Shown here one piece after another: positions 45,263-56,644 of a stretch of 64,000 bases of DNA. Under the pieces are notes generated by a model. That model did not search any database. It was not told the DNA's origin and was given only the letters and a program-made list of their open reading frames with translations. A program made the position numbers and the translations under genes. Source of the stretch: the human T2T-CHM13v2.0 reference genome, Homo sapiens; NCBI RefSeq assembly GCF_009914755.1, contig NC_060935.1; one strand, 5' to 3'. Position 1 is the first letter of the stretch; each line of letters starts with the position of its first letter.

Positions 45263-45780
45263 AACTTGTATCGTGAAAAGGTTTCTGTCCATGTTTACCC
45301 TCATCTTGTCACCATTTAGACCCCTACATACACCGGCTCGCGGAGCCTCCAGCCATTCAGCGCTAGAAAATCGGGGGGACTACGTCTTAAAACCTTGAGC
45401 ACCTGTTTGGGAACATCTGCACCTCCTCCCTTGAGGGAGAAAACGACCCAGACATTCGCGTCAAAGGAAGTGTCGTCTATTTCCCTCAACGCAGGGCACC
45501 CGTTCTAGGAATGTTTGTATAAACACCGTAAACCTGCCTGGTACCACCATGAATGACACAAGAGCTAGTTTAAAAAGAAAGCAAAGAAACAAACGCAAAA
45601 CCCGAAACCGCATCCTCCACCGCAAAGGTACTCGGATGGGGCGCCCGCCCTCCCCTTAGTCAGAGGACAAAGGGGGCGTGGCCGAGCGCGCGGCGCCCAC
45701 GTGACCGCGGAGAGCTGCGCGCAGGCCCTTCGCGCGATCTGCCGTCATATCAGCTTATGGCGCCGGTCGCTGATTGGCTG

Positions 45781-45874
45781 GCCGCTCCAGCCTCCCGGCC
45801 CGCTTGCTGGCTGCCCAGCTGCTAGGACAGTTTGCAGAGCAGTGGCGTGCGGAGCGGCGGCGGACCACCTCCAG
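45781..45874 (+). other. SC5D: SC5D non-coding first exon 1a (start approximate)
   Basis: Lies just downstream of the inverted CCAAT box and ends at the donor CCAG|gtgggg (45875). No ATG inside. The TSS cannot be determined from sequence. Confidence 0.7.
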
Positions 45875-45899
45875 GTGGGGACGGTGGGTGGGCGGGGAA

Positions 45900-46136
45900 G
45901 GAAGCGGAATACACCTGAGCGGGCTGGGCCGGGGGGCGATGGAATAAAAGAAGATGGAGAGACTTCAGCGCCTGGGACTCGGGTGGGCGAGGCGGAAGGT
46001 GTCCTCGCAGCACGGCTTTTCTCCGCGCCGCGGTTGGTTAGCGAGTGCCCTCTGGGTGCTAGGCGTTGGGCGGATGGTAGGATCGCGGTAGCATACGGAT
46101 CCGAGTCCTGCGCCGAGTGAGAGGAGAGGCTGGCAG
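45900..46136 (+). other. SC5D: SC5D alternative non-coding first exon 1b (start approximate)
   Basis: Second donor GGCAG|gtagcc at 46136/46137 inside the CpG island. I recall SC5D having two 5' UTR variants. Confidence 0.55.
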
Positions 46137-46904
46137 GTAGCCTGGCATCCCGAAGACTGGCGGCGAGGGCTGGGCCGGGGGACCTCGGGGCCTGGAGGGC
46201 TGCGCCACCTGGGAGTCCGGGCGGAGGGGCCTTCCGCTCGCGCTGGGAGGGATCGCGGGGCCGATAGGGAGGCCTGGACTTGAAGGAGCCGACCGTGGAC
46301 GGGCTTAAAGAAAATGCAGTGTTTGATGTTGGGTGTTGCAGATCTCTTACTCAAGGGAATTCTGGTCTGGCTGCTGAACACGAATGCTTTACTTTTCCCT
46401 TCGTTCTGGGAGGGTTTTTTTCTTTTAAAGGCCAGAAGAATCAGGCTGAAGAACTGGTCGGTATCAGAACTCCTGACCATTGCAAGCCTCTGTTGCTGCG
46501 GCGTAATTAGAATGAAGGGACAGCAATCTGGGGCTGAGGAGACTGAAAGGAAAAGGGAAATAATCTGTTCCTTTTGCATCATAAAAGGAAAAATAATGTA
46601 TACTGACATCCCTGTGTTACAGCAGAGTAGATTTGGAGGTGGTGTAAGTGAAGAAAACAAGACCTCAGTACATAGAGTTTCCAAACTGGAAAGTTTGTGG
46701 CAGCTCGGTACTTTTAGAGGAAACCCTCTGGAAGTTATTTGTCTTTATATCACTATCATTTTTTAAAGTTTCTAATGATTGATACCTAGTAAATAATAAC
46801 TGATCCTTGATCATTTACAGAGTGCTTTTCCATTCGTTATGTAATGTAATTAATTAGCATGGGGTGGTACTCAGAATCCCTCATCTGCATATAAAACATC
46901 TTGA

Positions 46905-47640
46905 GAGATAACATAACGTGGTAGCAAAGAGAAAGGTTGTGGAATGTACATCCCAGCTGGTTTTTTCTGTTATTGTTGCTTGCTACTGAACAAGTTATTT
47001 AAATACTCTGACCTCAGTTTCCCTATCTATAAAGTGGGGAGCATAGAAGTACCTATCTCATAGAGGTATAGGGATTAGATGAGGTTATACAAAAATAATA
47101 CCTGGTTCTCAATAAATATTAGCTATCATTTTCTATACTTTTAAAGTAGGGCAAAAAGATAATGGTAGACTGAGTTGTTCTAAGCCTAATATTGTTATTA
47201 TAACTGAGTTTTAAGAAGAAGTTTCTTTAATTCTGCAAGGACAAAGTATTTAAGTTTCTGTTTGAAGCAGTGGTACTTAATTTAGGGTCCTTGGGACCCC
47301 TAACTTCAGGGCTTATAACCCCTTAAAATTATATGAGCTTGTAGAGGCACTGAACATTTTTAAAAATTCAGGAGTTGACGACTTGAAGTAGTGGTGAAGA
47401 GGCTATAGAACTTGGCAGAAGTTCACGTACTTTGCAACTAGATTGTGTGTATTTGAATCCTAGCTCCAGCATTTATTTACTCTTATGACCCTATGCAAGT
47501 TACTTAAAATTTCTGTGCCCAGCTTCTTCATCTATAAAATAATACTAGTACCTACCTTTGAGGCTTCTTGAAAGGGAAAATTAGTTAATATATTTAAAAT
47601 ATTTATATTACCTAGTATATATTAAATATTACTATCAACT
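46905..47640 (+). mobile_element. Two MIR remnants in SC5D intron 1
   Basis: CAAGTTATTTAA...CCTCAGTTTCCCTATCTATAAA and CAAGTTACTTAA...CATCTATAAAAT core motifs. Confidence 0.7.
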
Positions 47641-48174
47641 ACTGTCAGTTATTTTTCAAACAAAAATCAAGTGGCACCTATTTTATCTTCTATTGAAGTA
47701 ATTTTGACGCATTTTTGACGGCCTTAACAGTGATAATCATATAGATGCTATTTTATTGAGTACCTTTCTTGGGTCAAATGTCAAAAGTCTACTTAGTCTC
47801 TAAACCTCACAGCAATCAAACATGTTTGTGTTCTTTTTGGTTGCACGATACTATTCTAGGTATTGTATTGAAGTAGGGCCACATGGCACTGTGGGGAACA
47901 TGTAGATTGGCTCATCAGCTGTTACCAACCTTTAGTGATATAGCAATATCCTTTTCAATTATTAAATGTTTATGTTATCTGATATTACGTAGTACCCTGT
48001 CCCTGCTACACCACCTCCCTTGGCAGTCTTCACCCCTATAACTTCAACTACTACCTGTATACTAACCAGGCTCGCTTTTGAACTTCACATTTATATTTAC
48101 ATGTGGCCTATTGCTTATATCTAAGATAGAAGATGAGCCACAGATAATTAGGTTTTAAGATCTACATTGAACCC

Positions 48175-48776
48175 GTTTTGAACCCCAGATATCTGAGACA
48201 GGTCTCAGTCAATTTAGGAAGTTTATTTTGCCAAGGTTAAGGATTCACCCGTGACACAGCCTCAGGAAGCCCTGACAATATGTGCCCAAGGTGGTCGGGG
48301 ACACAGTTTGCTTTTATACATTTTAGGGAGACATGAGACATCAATCAATATGTGTAAGAAGTACATTGGTTGGGTCTGGTAAGGCGGGACAACTCACAGT
48401 GGGGGCTTCCAGGTTAGAAGCAGATAAGAGACAAAGGTTGCATTATTTTGAGTCCTTGATTAGCCTTCCACTGAATGCACACATTTCGTCTGGCTCAGTG
48501 AATCTGCATGTTTACATAAACAATAGGGCAGAGGAAGCAATCAGAAATCCATTTGTGTCAGGTGAGCCTCAGAGGGATGACTTTGAGTCCTGTCTGTCCT
48601 TTATCCACAAAGGAATTTTCTGAGGGCAAATTGTGAGGGAGGGATGTAGCTTCTCATCCTTGTAGCTGTCTTATTTAGGAATAAAGCGGGAGGCAGGTTT
48701 GCCTAACATAGTTCCCAGCCTGACTTTTCTCTTAGCTTAGTGATTTTGGAGTCCCAAGATTTATTTTCTGTTCACA
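48175..48776 (-). mobile_element. MER4A-type solo LTR in intron 1
   Basis: TATCTGAGACAGGTCTCAGTCAATTTAGGAAGTTTATTTTGCCAAGG...CCCAAGATTTATTTTC..TTCACA. Confidence 0.85.
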
Positions 48777-49094
48777 CCATCATTCCTTACCCACCCCCTA
48801 TTCCTACCCTACCCAAATCTGCTAGCTCTGCCAGTATTCCCTATTTCAATTACAATGACATCACCATCTACTTAGACCAGCTAAAGTCTCACAGTCATCC
48901 TAGATTTCTCTCTCTTTCACTTCCCAGCAAACGTGGGTTATCCAAATCCTGTGGGTGTTTTTACTTGCGCGAAATCTCTGCTGGCTAGTCTTAACAGCCA
49001 CTGCCCGAGGTCAGGCTATCATTTTCTCTGGGTTATTCTACCACAGGAACAACCAAACTAGTCTCCCTGCTTCTCACCGATAACCCATATTTCT

Positions 49095-49226
49095 TTTCTT
49101 TCCTTTTTTATAGTGACGGAGTCTTGCCGTGTTGCCCAGGCTGGTCTCGAACTCCTGGCTTCAAGCGGTCCTCCTACCTCAGCCTCCCAAAGTGCTGGGA
49201 ATAAGCATTAGCCACTTCACCTAGCC
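49095..49226 (-). mobile_element. Alu monomer (FLAM-like)
   Basis: Single left-arm-like antisense monomer. Confidence 0.75.
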
Positions 49227-51074
49227 TAGTAGTCCAGATTTCTAATGGAATGGTTTTTATGAAATGTGGGTCTGATTGTATCTTTTTCCTACCTAGAAAT
49301 CTTTAGTGTCTCCTCATAGCGTGTGAGAGAAAGTCCAAATTCCTCAGCAGGACAGCAGATCCCTCCATGCGTAGTCTAACAAATCTCCTTTACAAGTCCA
49401 TCCCCTAACATGTTTTTCCCTCTGCTCCACCCCATCACCCTGTCTAACACCCACCAACCACACGCAGTGAGCCATGAATGCATCATGCTCTTCTCTTGCT
49501 TTGCAGTTGTGACTTCTCTTTGGAATGGCTATCCCTAACCTTTTCTTTCTGGTGATGTCCTTCAAAGTCCAAATCTAATATCATATTCACTAGGAAGCCT
49601 TTTACCATAAGCTGAGGTAGTTGTGTTGTCTTTTCTGATCTCATAGAATTTGCATATATATCTGTATTGCAGCACGTGTCCTATTGCTAGAATTGTTTTT
49701 GTAGTTGCCCTACCTTTAAGACTGATTTAGACTGTGTCTGTTTAATGTTTGTATGCTCATTACCTAGTGTGGTGCTTAACAATAAGTTCTTATTTGAATG
49801 AATTAACAATGGCATGTATGATGAGGAATATATGTTAATATCTGGCATTTGGTGCTAATTAAATTTTTCTTTTCCTGACAAAGTGAGGAAATGTTCATAA
49901 TTCATATCATAAACAAAGGGCCAAACTCCCTAATATATAAGGAGCTTCTAGAATTTGACTTTTATAAAGATACTAAAAACTCAGTGGGAAAACGGGCAAA
50001 GGATAAAAACAGATAAACACAGAAAAAAATATAAATTATTCTAAATATATGGAATGATGCTCAACTTTACTCATAATAAGGTAAATGCAAATTAAGTATA
50101 CCCGAGATAGCCCTTCTTTCTTGATGAATATGTGAAAGTTTGATGATATCCCCTGCTAGTAAGATTGCAGAGAAATAGGTAAGGTACTGTCCTACATCGT
50201 TTGAGGACTACAAAGTAGTTAAACTCTTATGGAGAGCGATGTAGCAATATCTACCAAAGTTATGAGTGTATAACTCTTTCGCTCAGCTCTTCTTTTAGAA
50301 ATCTGCCTAATGAGGGCCTGTCATTGTAGCATTATTTGTAATAGCAAAAAATGGAACCTATCCAAATATCTAGATATGTGTTAAGTAAACACCTATATAA
50401 CAGTGAATTAGACATAATTCAGTTGAACTCACAGAAATGGACACAGGTCCATAGTCCCTAGTCACAATTTGGAACTCTGGAAAGCCCTGTAAAACCAAAA
50501 AGTTGTTTTCTTTTTGCTTTAAGTTCGGCTCTCAAAATCATTTGATGACAAATTCTCACTCCATCTGACCGAGGTGCCCATTGTGTCTTGGCACACCTAC
50601 CAGGTATTCCTGGTGTTTTTTATTGTTTTGTTAATTTGGGTTTAACGTGGCAGTGTGGGAACTACCACCACATGTGACTTAAAGAATAGAAAAACAGATC
50701 GTGGACGTTTTATAGTGGTAGTAAGGACTAAGAATTGATGAAAAATAGGGAGACATTGCAGAGGACTGAAAATGAAGATTCTAACCATGTTTCGGTTAAG
50801 TGGATTTCACAATAGGAAGTAAACAGATGCCACTCATTGCTTTGTTGATGATGGAAAAAGCTGGCATATATGAAGACCTGCTACTGAAGGATGTATTTAG
50901 TATTAACAAGGAAGAATTCAGAAACTTAGGAAGCAGTGTGGTGAAAAATATCTAAAAGTATGACAAGAGTTAATTGAAAATTTACTTTCTAGACAGCTCT
51001 TTTATGCATTCTCCTCAACTGTAGGTTATAGTTTTTAATCATTTACTTTTACTTCACTGTGACCAGAATACAGC

Positions 51075-51347
51075 CTTTTTCTTTGGGTCTTGCTCTGTTG
51101 CCCAGGCTGGAGTTCAGTGGCACGAATATGGCTCACGGTAGCCTTGAACTCCTTAAGCAATCCTCCCACCTTAGCCTCCTGAGGGTAGCTGGGACCACAG
51201 GGCTGTGCTACCACGCCCGGCTAATTTTTGTATATTTTGTAGAGATGGGATTTCAGTATATTGCCCAGGCTGTTCTCCAACCTCTGAGCTCAAGGAATAA
51301 GCCTGCCTCCCAAAGCGCTGGTATTACAGTCATGAGCCACCATGCCT
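51075..51347 (-). mobile_element. Alu (AluJ-like) in intron 1
   Basis: Antisense Alu; TSD GACCAGAATACA. Confidence 0.88.
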
Positions 51348-51771
51348 GACCAGAATACAATCTTTTTCTCCAAGGAGTGCTACACTCTGGGAAAAAGCAA
51401 GTATATTGCTTGCACAGTTAAGGGAGGCCTAGGAATCAAAACTTCCTTTAAGAGTTCAGTTGTAAAGATCCTGTTGTCAAAATTACTTAATGCTTGAAAT
51501 GATGTTGATAAATCAGCAATAATAAATGTTTAACATTTTAGCTGACAATGAGGTTTGAAAATGAACCTGTAGATATTTTGGAAGATTTTCTATCACTAAT
51601 GAGGTGATGATACCTAATCTCTTTAATTATACCATACATTTAATGGCCCAAACCATAAATACGTCAGGAGAAGCTGATGTTGAAGAAATGCTGAACATTA
51701 ATCCTGATGCTTCTGTTCGGCACTTTTTGGGTGATGGGGACATTGCTGAAAGGTTTCTAAATGCACATAAT

Positions 51772-52127
51772 TGTCACGCACGTCCATGTGAAGAGACCAC
51801 CAAACAGCCTTTGTGTGAGCAATAAAGCTTTTTTAATCACCTGGATGCAGTCAGGCTGAGTCCGAAAAGAGAGTCAGCAAAAGGAGTTAGGGGTGGGGCA
51901 GTTTTGAAGGATTTGAGTAGGTAGTGGAAAATTATAGTCAAAGGGAGTTGTTCTCTTGCGGGTCACAAGGTGCTCAGTAGGGGAGCTTCTGAGCCAGGAG
52001 AAGGAATGTTACAAGGTAATGTCATCAGTTAAGGCAGGAACCGGCCATTTTCACTTCTTTTGTAATTCTTCAGTTGCTTCAGGCCATCTGGATGTATACG
52101 TGCAGACTTGGGCTCAGAGGCCTGACA
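51772..52127 (-). mobile_element. LTR7 (HERV-H) solo LTR, antisense in SC5D intron 1
   Basis: Reverse complement begins TGTCAGGCCTCTGAGCCCAAG and ends GGACGTGCGTGACA, the LTR7 termini. Confidence 0.9.
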
Positions 52128-52605
52128 ATAGCGGGAAGATAGTAATAACTACATGAATGATTAAATGATGACTATATTGTGAACACAGATGGGAAGATCA
52201 CTGAAGGCATTATGTAAATAATCATTGCTTAAGCAGAAATATATTAATAAGACAGATGACATTGGTAGAAATCTTTTGAAAAGGTTATCTTGGATATTGT
52301 TGCTTTATCACTTGAGAATCCTGATCCTGGCCCATGACCAATGTCTAATTCCAACCTGATAGGCCCTTCTCTTTAAGATTCTCAAGCAATCAGATGTAAT
52401 GAACATTTATTGCGTGTATGTATACATATACATGCACAAGTATTTAACTTTGATTTTATATATATTTGAAAGTTTACTGAATTTTTCTTTTAAAAAGAGA
52501 ATACATTGTTTATTGTCTGTACCAGTCTATTTTCCATTTGTCATTTGTTACTCCATACATAATTACATAAATTGTTAATATACAAATGAATTATAATACC
52601 ATTTA

Positions 52606-52976
<371 letters not shown>

Positions 52977-53137
52977 AAGAACCAAAACCCCCAAATATTT
53001 GATTTATTTAATGACAGGGAGAAGTTTTGACCTTTGCAAAATGTATTTATAGGAATTTTGAATTCCGAAATAACATCTGATGCCAAATGTTTTAAGTAAG
53101 AATGGTAGTAGACCTGTATTATAAAAAAGGAGATGGT

Positions 53138-55120
53138 GACTTCCAAAACAGCAGAGTAAGAATCTCTGAAAATCTCTTCTTTATAAAAAGCAACAAAACA
53201 CTGACAGAAGTTGTCAGAATCAGCTTTTTTAGAGCTCTAGGAATTAAAACTTTATGAGTTAAAGCTTTACAATAATCTTAGCAGCCTTTATTTGAGAAAA
53301 GTAGTTGAATCTCAGTAAGAACAATGAGCTTTGGACATTTTCCGTCCTTTACCATCTCCCTTTTGCTGACTTCATGGTAGCCTTGAAAACTAAGCCTTAC
53401 AACACAGTAACTATGAAAAACAGCAGCCTGGATGGAAGGTACAGAATAGGTTTGCAGCCTCACCAAAGGCCACAACCCAGAAAATCATCACCACTTGATC
53501 TCTCTGGCAATTCTCAAGGCTTGTGTTTATATGACCTGTCTTAGAGCTTGTTCAATATCATCCTGTCCCAGGGTGTTTTGTCAAGGAGAGTCATTATTTA
53601 CACATAACAGGTCTTAGAGGCACTATTATCAGCTGGCACTAACAAAAGCCTGACCAAAAATACTTAAAAGGGAATACTGAGAAATGAGATATCCCTAGGG
53701 GGCTTTGAAAAGCTCTGTTTTCCTGAGAATCTAGAATGATTCCCATGAGCAGGGCTGTTGCACATACCCAAGAAAGGGGAGAAGGCCCTAATTTCCCCTT
53801 TGGCTGACCTTGAGGGTTTACGCAAGCAGTAAGTTCAGGCCAGTCAATTTTAGAGTGACAACTAAAGTATTGAAAGCATGGCCCAACACAGCACCTTGGC
53901 AAAGGCTGGGGGACTTAACTGGTTCAAAGCACTTAAGAAAATCACTCCAGTCATTAGTAAGAGACTTGTAGCTGCACACAACAAATAAAACAGGTATGTA
54001 ATTAGTTCAGAGAATTACTTAACGCACAGCAACAACAAAAGCAACTTAAAGCCCTGGGGCAGGGTGGGCGGTGGTGCATACAATCTGATTTCAAGAGTTA
54101 CCCCATCATATTACTTAAAATATCCCATTTTCCATAAAAAATTAAAAAACACAAACAGGAAAGTATGGCCTGTACACACAAAAAGGCAATCAGTCAGTAG
54201 AAACTCTCTCTCAGAAAGCCCAGATGTTGGACTTACAAGGCAAAGACTCTAAATCAGCTACTACAAATATAAAAGAACTAAGGAACACCACGTTTAACTA
54301 ACTAAAAGGAAGTATTAGAACAGTTTCTTCCCAAGTAGAGAATATCAATAAAGTGATAAAAGTTTTTTTTTTTTTTTTTTAAAGAACCAAATGGAAACGC
54401 AGGTGTTGAAAAGTACAGTGACTGAAACTGTCTTGCTTAACAGCAGATTTGAGCCAACAGAGCACAGAACTGGAAGATAGGTCAATTGAGATTAAACAGC
54501 TGGGAAGAGAAAGAAAATGAAGAAATACAAACAGAGACTTGGGGACACTGTCATGCATTTCCACATAAGCATAATGAGAGTCCTAAAAGGAGAAGAGAGA
54601 AAGTCATAGAAAGTTTAAGAAAGAGTGGCCCCAGACTCACCAAATTTGATGAAAAACTTTACACATCCTAGAAGTTCAACAGTATAGGGTTGGGGTTTAT
54701 TTTTGGGGTGCTGAAAATGTTCTGAAACTTGATAGTGGTAATGATTGCATAGCTCTGAGAATGCTAAAAAACTAGTCAATCATATACTTTAGTGAATTTT
54801 ATGGTATGTGAATTATATCTCAATAAACCTGTTTCTTTAAAAACAAAAAAAGGAGGAGCATGATATTTATGTAGGGATGGAAAGATCTCCAAGATATATA
54901 TTCAATTAAGAAAAAGGAACTTCATGGTGTATATAGTATGCCATGTTTTGTAAGGAGGGAGAGAAAAATTTGTCATCATTCCATCTTACATTAACAAACA
55001 CCGTAAGGATTCTCAGGAAACTAATAGATATGGTCACCCAGAGAGGTGGAAATGAAATGACGGTGTGGTTTACAGTGACATGGATGGAAGCAAGGCTTTG
55101 CATTGTATGTCTTTTCCTGT
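53138..55120 (+). mobile_element. Old L1M 5'/ORF1 and 3'-end fragments
   Basis: Decayed L1 motifs, e.g. GAAAATGTTCTGAAACTTGATAGTGG and ATCTCAATAAACCTG. Confidence 0.6.
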
Positions 55121-55585
55121 CAGTTTCTCATTTTCTTAAATCCCTGTGGGAATTTAGTGGAGAAATCTCATAGGGAATCTAGTGAAGGAAATAGGCTACA
55201 AAGAAGTAAATAAGTATTTTCAGAATTTTCCTTACCTGTGGGCTATTTTGTTTCATGAATTGATGTTTATTAACGTGGCCCAATATGTAGGAGATAAAGG
55301 CCGTTTGAACACCTGAAATCTATTGTGGGTAGGCAATTTGCAGATTGGCTTCTTGTTCAAAAATTTCAGTTCAAGTGAGAGACATTTTAGATGCTGAACA
55401 CGTTTTCTTGTGCGAACAACGCAATGAGGGATGAGTGAGTCGATCATAAATGATAGATTCCATAGTCAGATCACAAAAGCTGACCACAATATCACCGAAC
55501 TGTATTGTAACAGGACCATGAGTATAGAATGGACTTAAATATGTACTGAACTGACTAATGTTTTTTAGAGTTTAAGCATCTGAAA

Positions 55586-55802
55586 CAGGAGTTGGCAAAC
55601 TATCTGTAAATGGCCAGGTAGTAAATGCCTTCGGTTCAACGGGCCATACTGTCTCTGTTGCAGTGATACTATAAGCCCACCTTTGTAGCAGAAAAGCAGC
55701 CACAGACAGTATGTAAACATCTGGGTGTCGCTGTGTTCCATAAAGATTTTTACAAAGCAGGCTCTGAGTTTGGCCCGTGGGCTGCAATTTACCAACTCCC
55801 GA
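55586..55802. mobile_element. MER58A-like MITE
   Basis: CAGGAGTTGGCAAACT...TTTGGCCCGTGGGCTGCAATTTACCAACTCC inverted ends. Confidence 0.75.
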
Positions 55803-56434
55803 TCTGGAATATTGATTAGAGGTAGAGAAATAAATGTATTCCAGTTCTTAACACCAAGAATACATCTTCCTTTGTTCTGTCAATGGGAGTGTCAGAAGAA
55901 CAGATAGTCCCAATTCTATGGTTGTGGTGGCAGCATGGATATCTTTTAGGGAATTTATCTTAGGTGTCAGTGCTGAAGCAAAAATCTCTGAAGTATGAAT
56001 CCTTGAAGGAGAGAGATGAGCTGAAACTTGTAGCTGAAAGAGGAAACTATTTGTCTGAGTACCTAGTCCCCTGCATTCCCATCTTTACCACTTGCCATGC
56101 TGCCATAGGACGCGGTAGGGAATGACACTGAAATGGAATTCCATCTGGGCTTGTGCCACTTAGCAGCTTGATGACCTTTCCTGGGCCTCAGTTTCTCTAA
56201 CTGAGCTTTAGCATCCCCATACATAGTATGAAGAGATTGGACTAGAGATGATATCTAAGATCCCTTCTGGCTCTAAAGATGGCATGTAGGGGATTCTGAT
56301 AGCAGCAGATGTACTGCATATGACTGTTCTTAAATCAGGAACTTGAGATATAGTGTTTCTGAAAAATTTTTGCCTGGAAAAATAGAGACATGGTAACTAA
56401 TTGTCACACATGCTTATTTTTTAGGGGCTAAGTG

Positions 56435-56644
56435 ATGGATCTTGTACTCCGTGTTGCAGATTACTATTTTTTTACACCATACGTGTATCCAGCCACATGG
56501 CCAGAAGATGACATCTTCCGACAAGCTATTAGTCTTCTGATTGTAACAAATGTTGGTGCTTACATCCTTTATTTCTTCTGTGCAACACTGAGCTATTATT
56601 TTGTCTTCGATCATGCATTAATGAAACATCCACAATTTTTAAAG
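56435..56644 (+). CDS. SC5D: SC5D coding exon (exon 2, acceptor at 56424/56425, ATG at 56435)
   Basis: ttatttttTAG|GGGCTAAGTGATGG acceptor. ATG in a strong context (gtgATGg) with an in-frame TAA two codons upstream. Donor AAG|gtaaga. 70 codons. Confidence 0.96.

Larger units (their letters stand above)
45590..46310. promoter_or_regulatory. SC5D: CpG island / SC5D promoter
   Basis: The only dense CpG, GC-rich stretch in the window. Contains a GC box GGGGCGTGGC (~45672), E-box CACGTG (45698-45703) and inverted CCAAT (ATTGG 45773-45777). Confidence 0.88.

Noticed and set aside
45965-46684. 239-aa minus-strand ORF (longest in the track) and overlapping + ORFs at 45701-46120 and 46314-46766
   Set aside because: Non-ATG starts, no recognisable domain, and they overlap a GC-rich CpG island where stop codons are scarce. 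Most likely chance ORFs.
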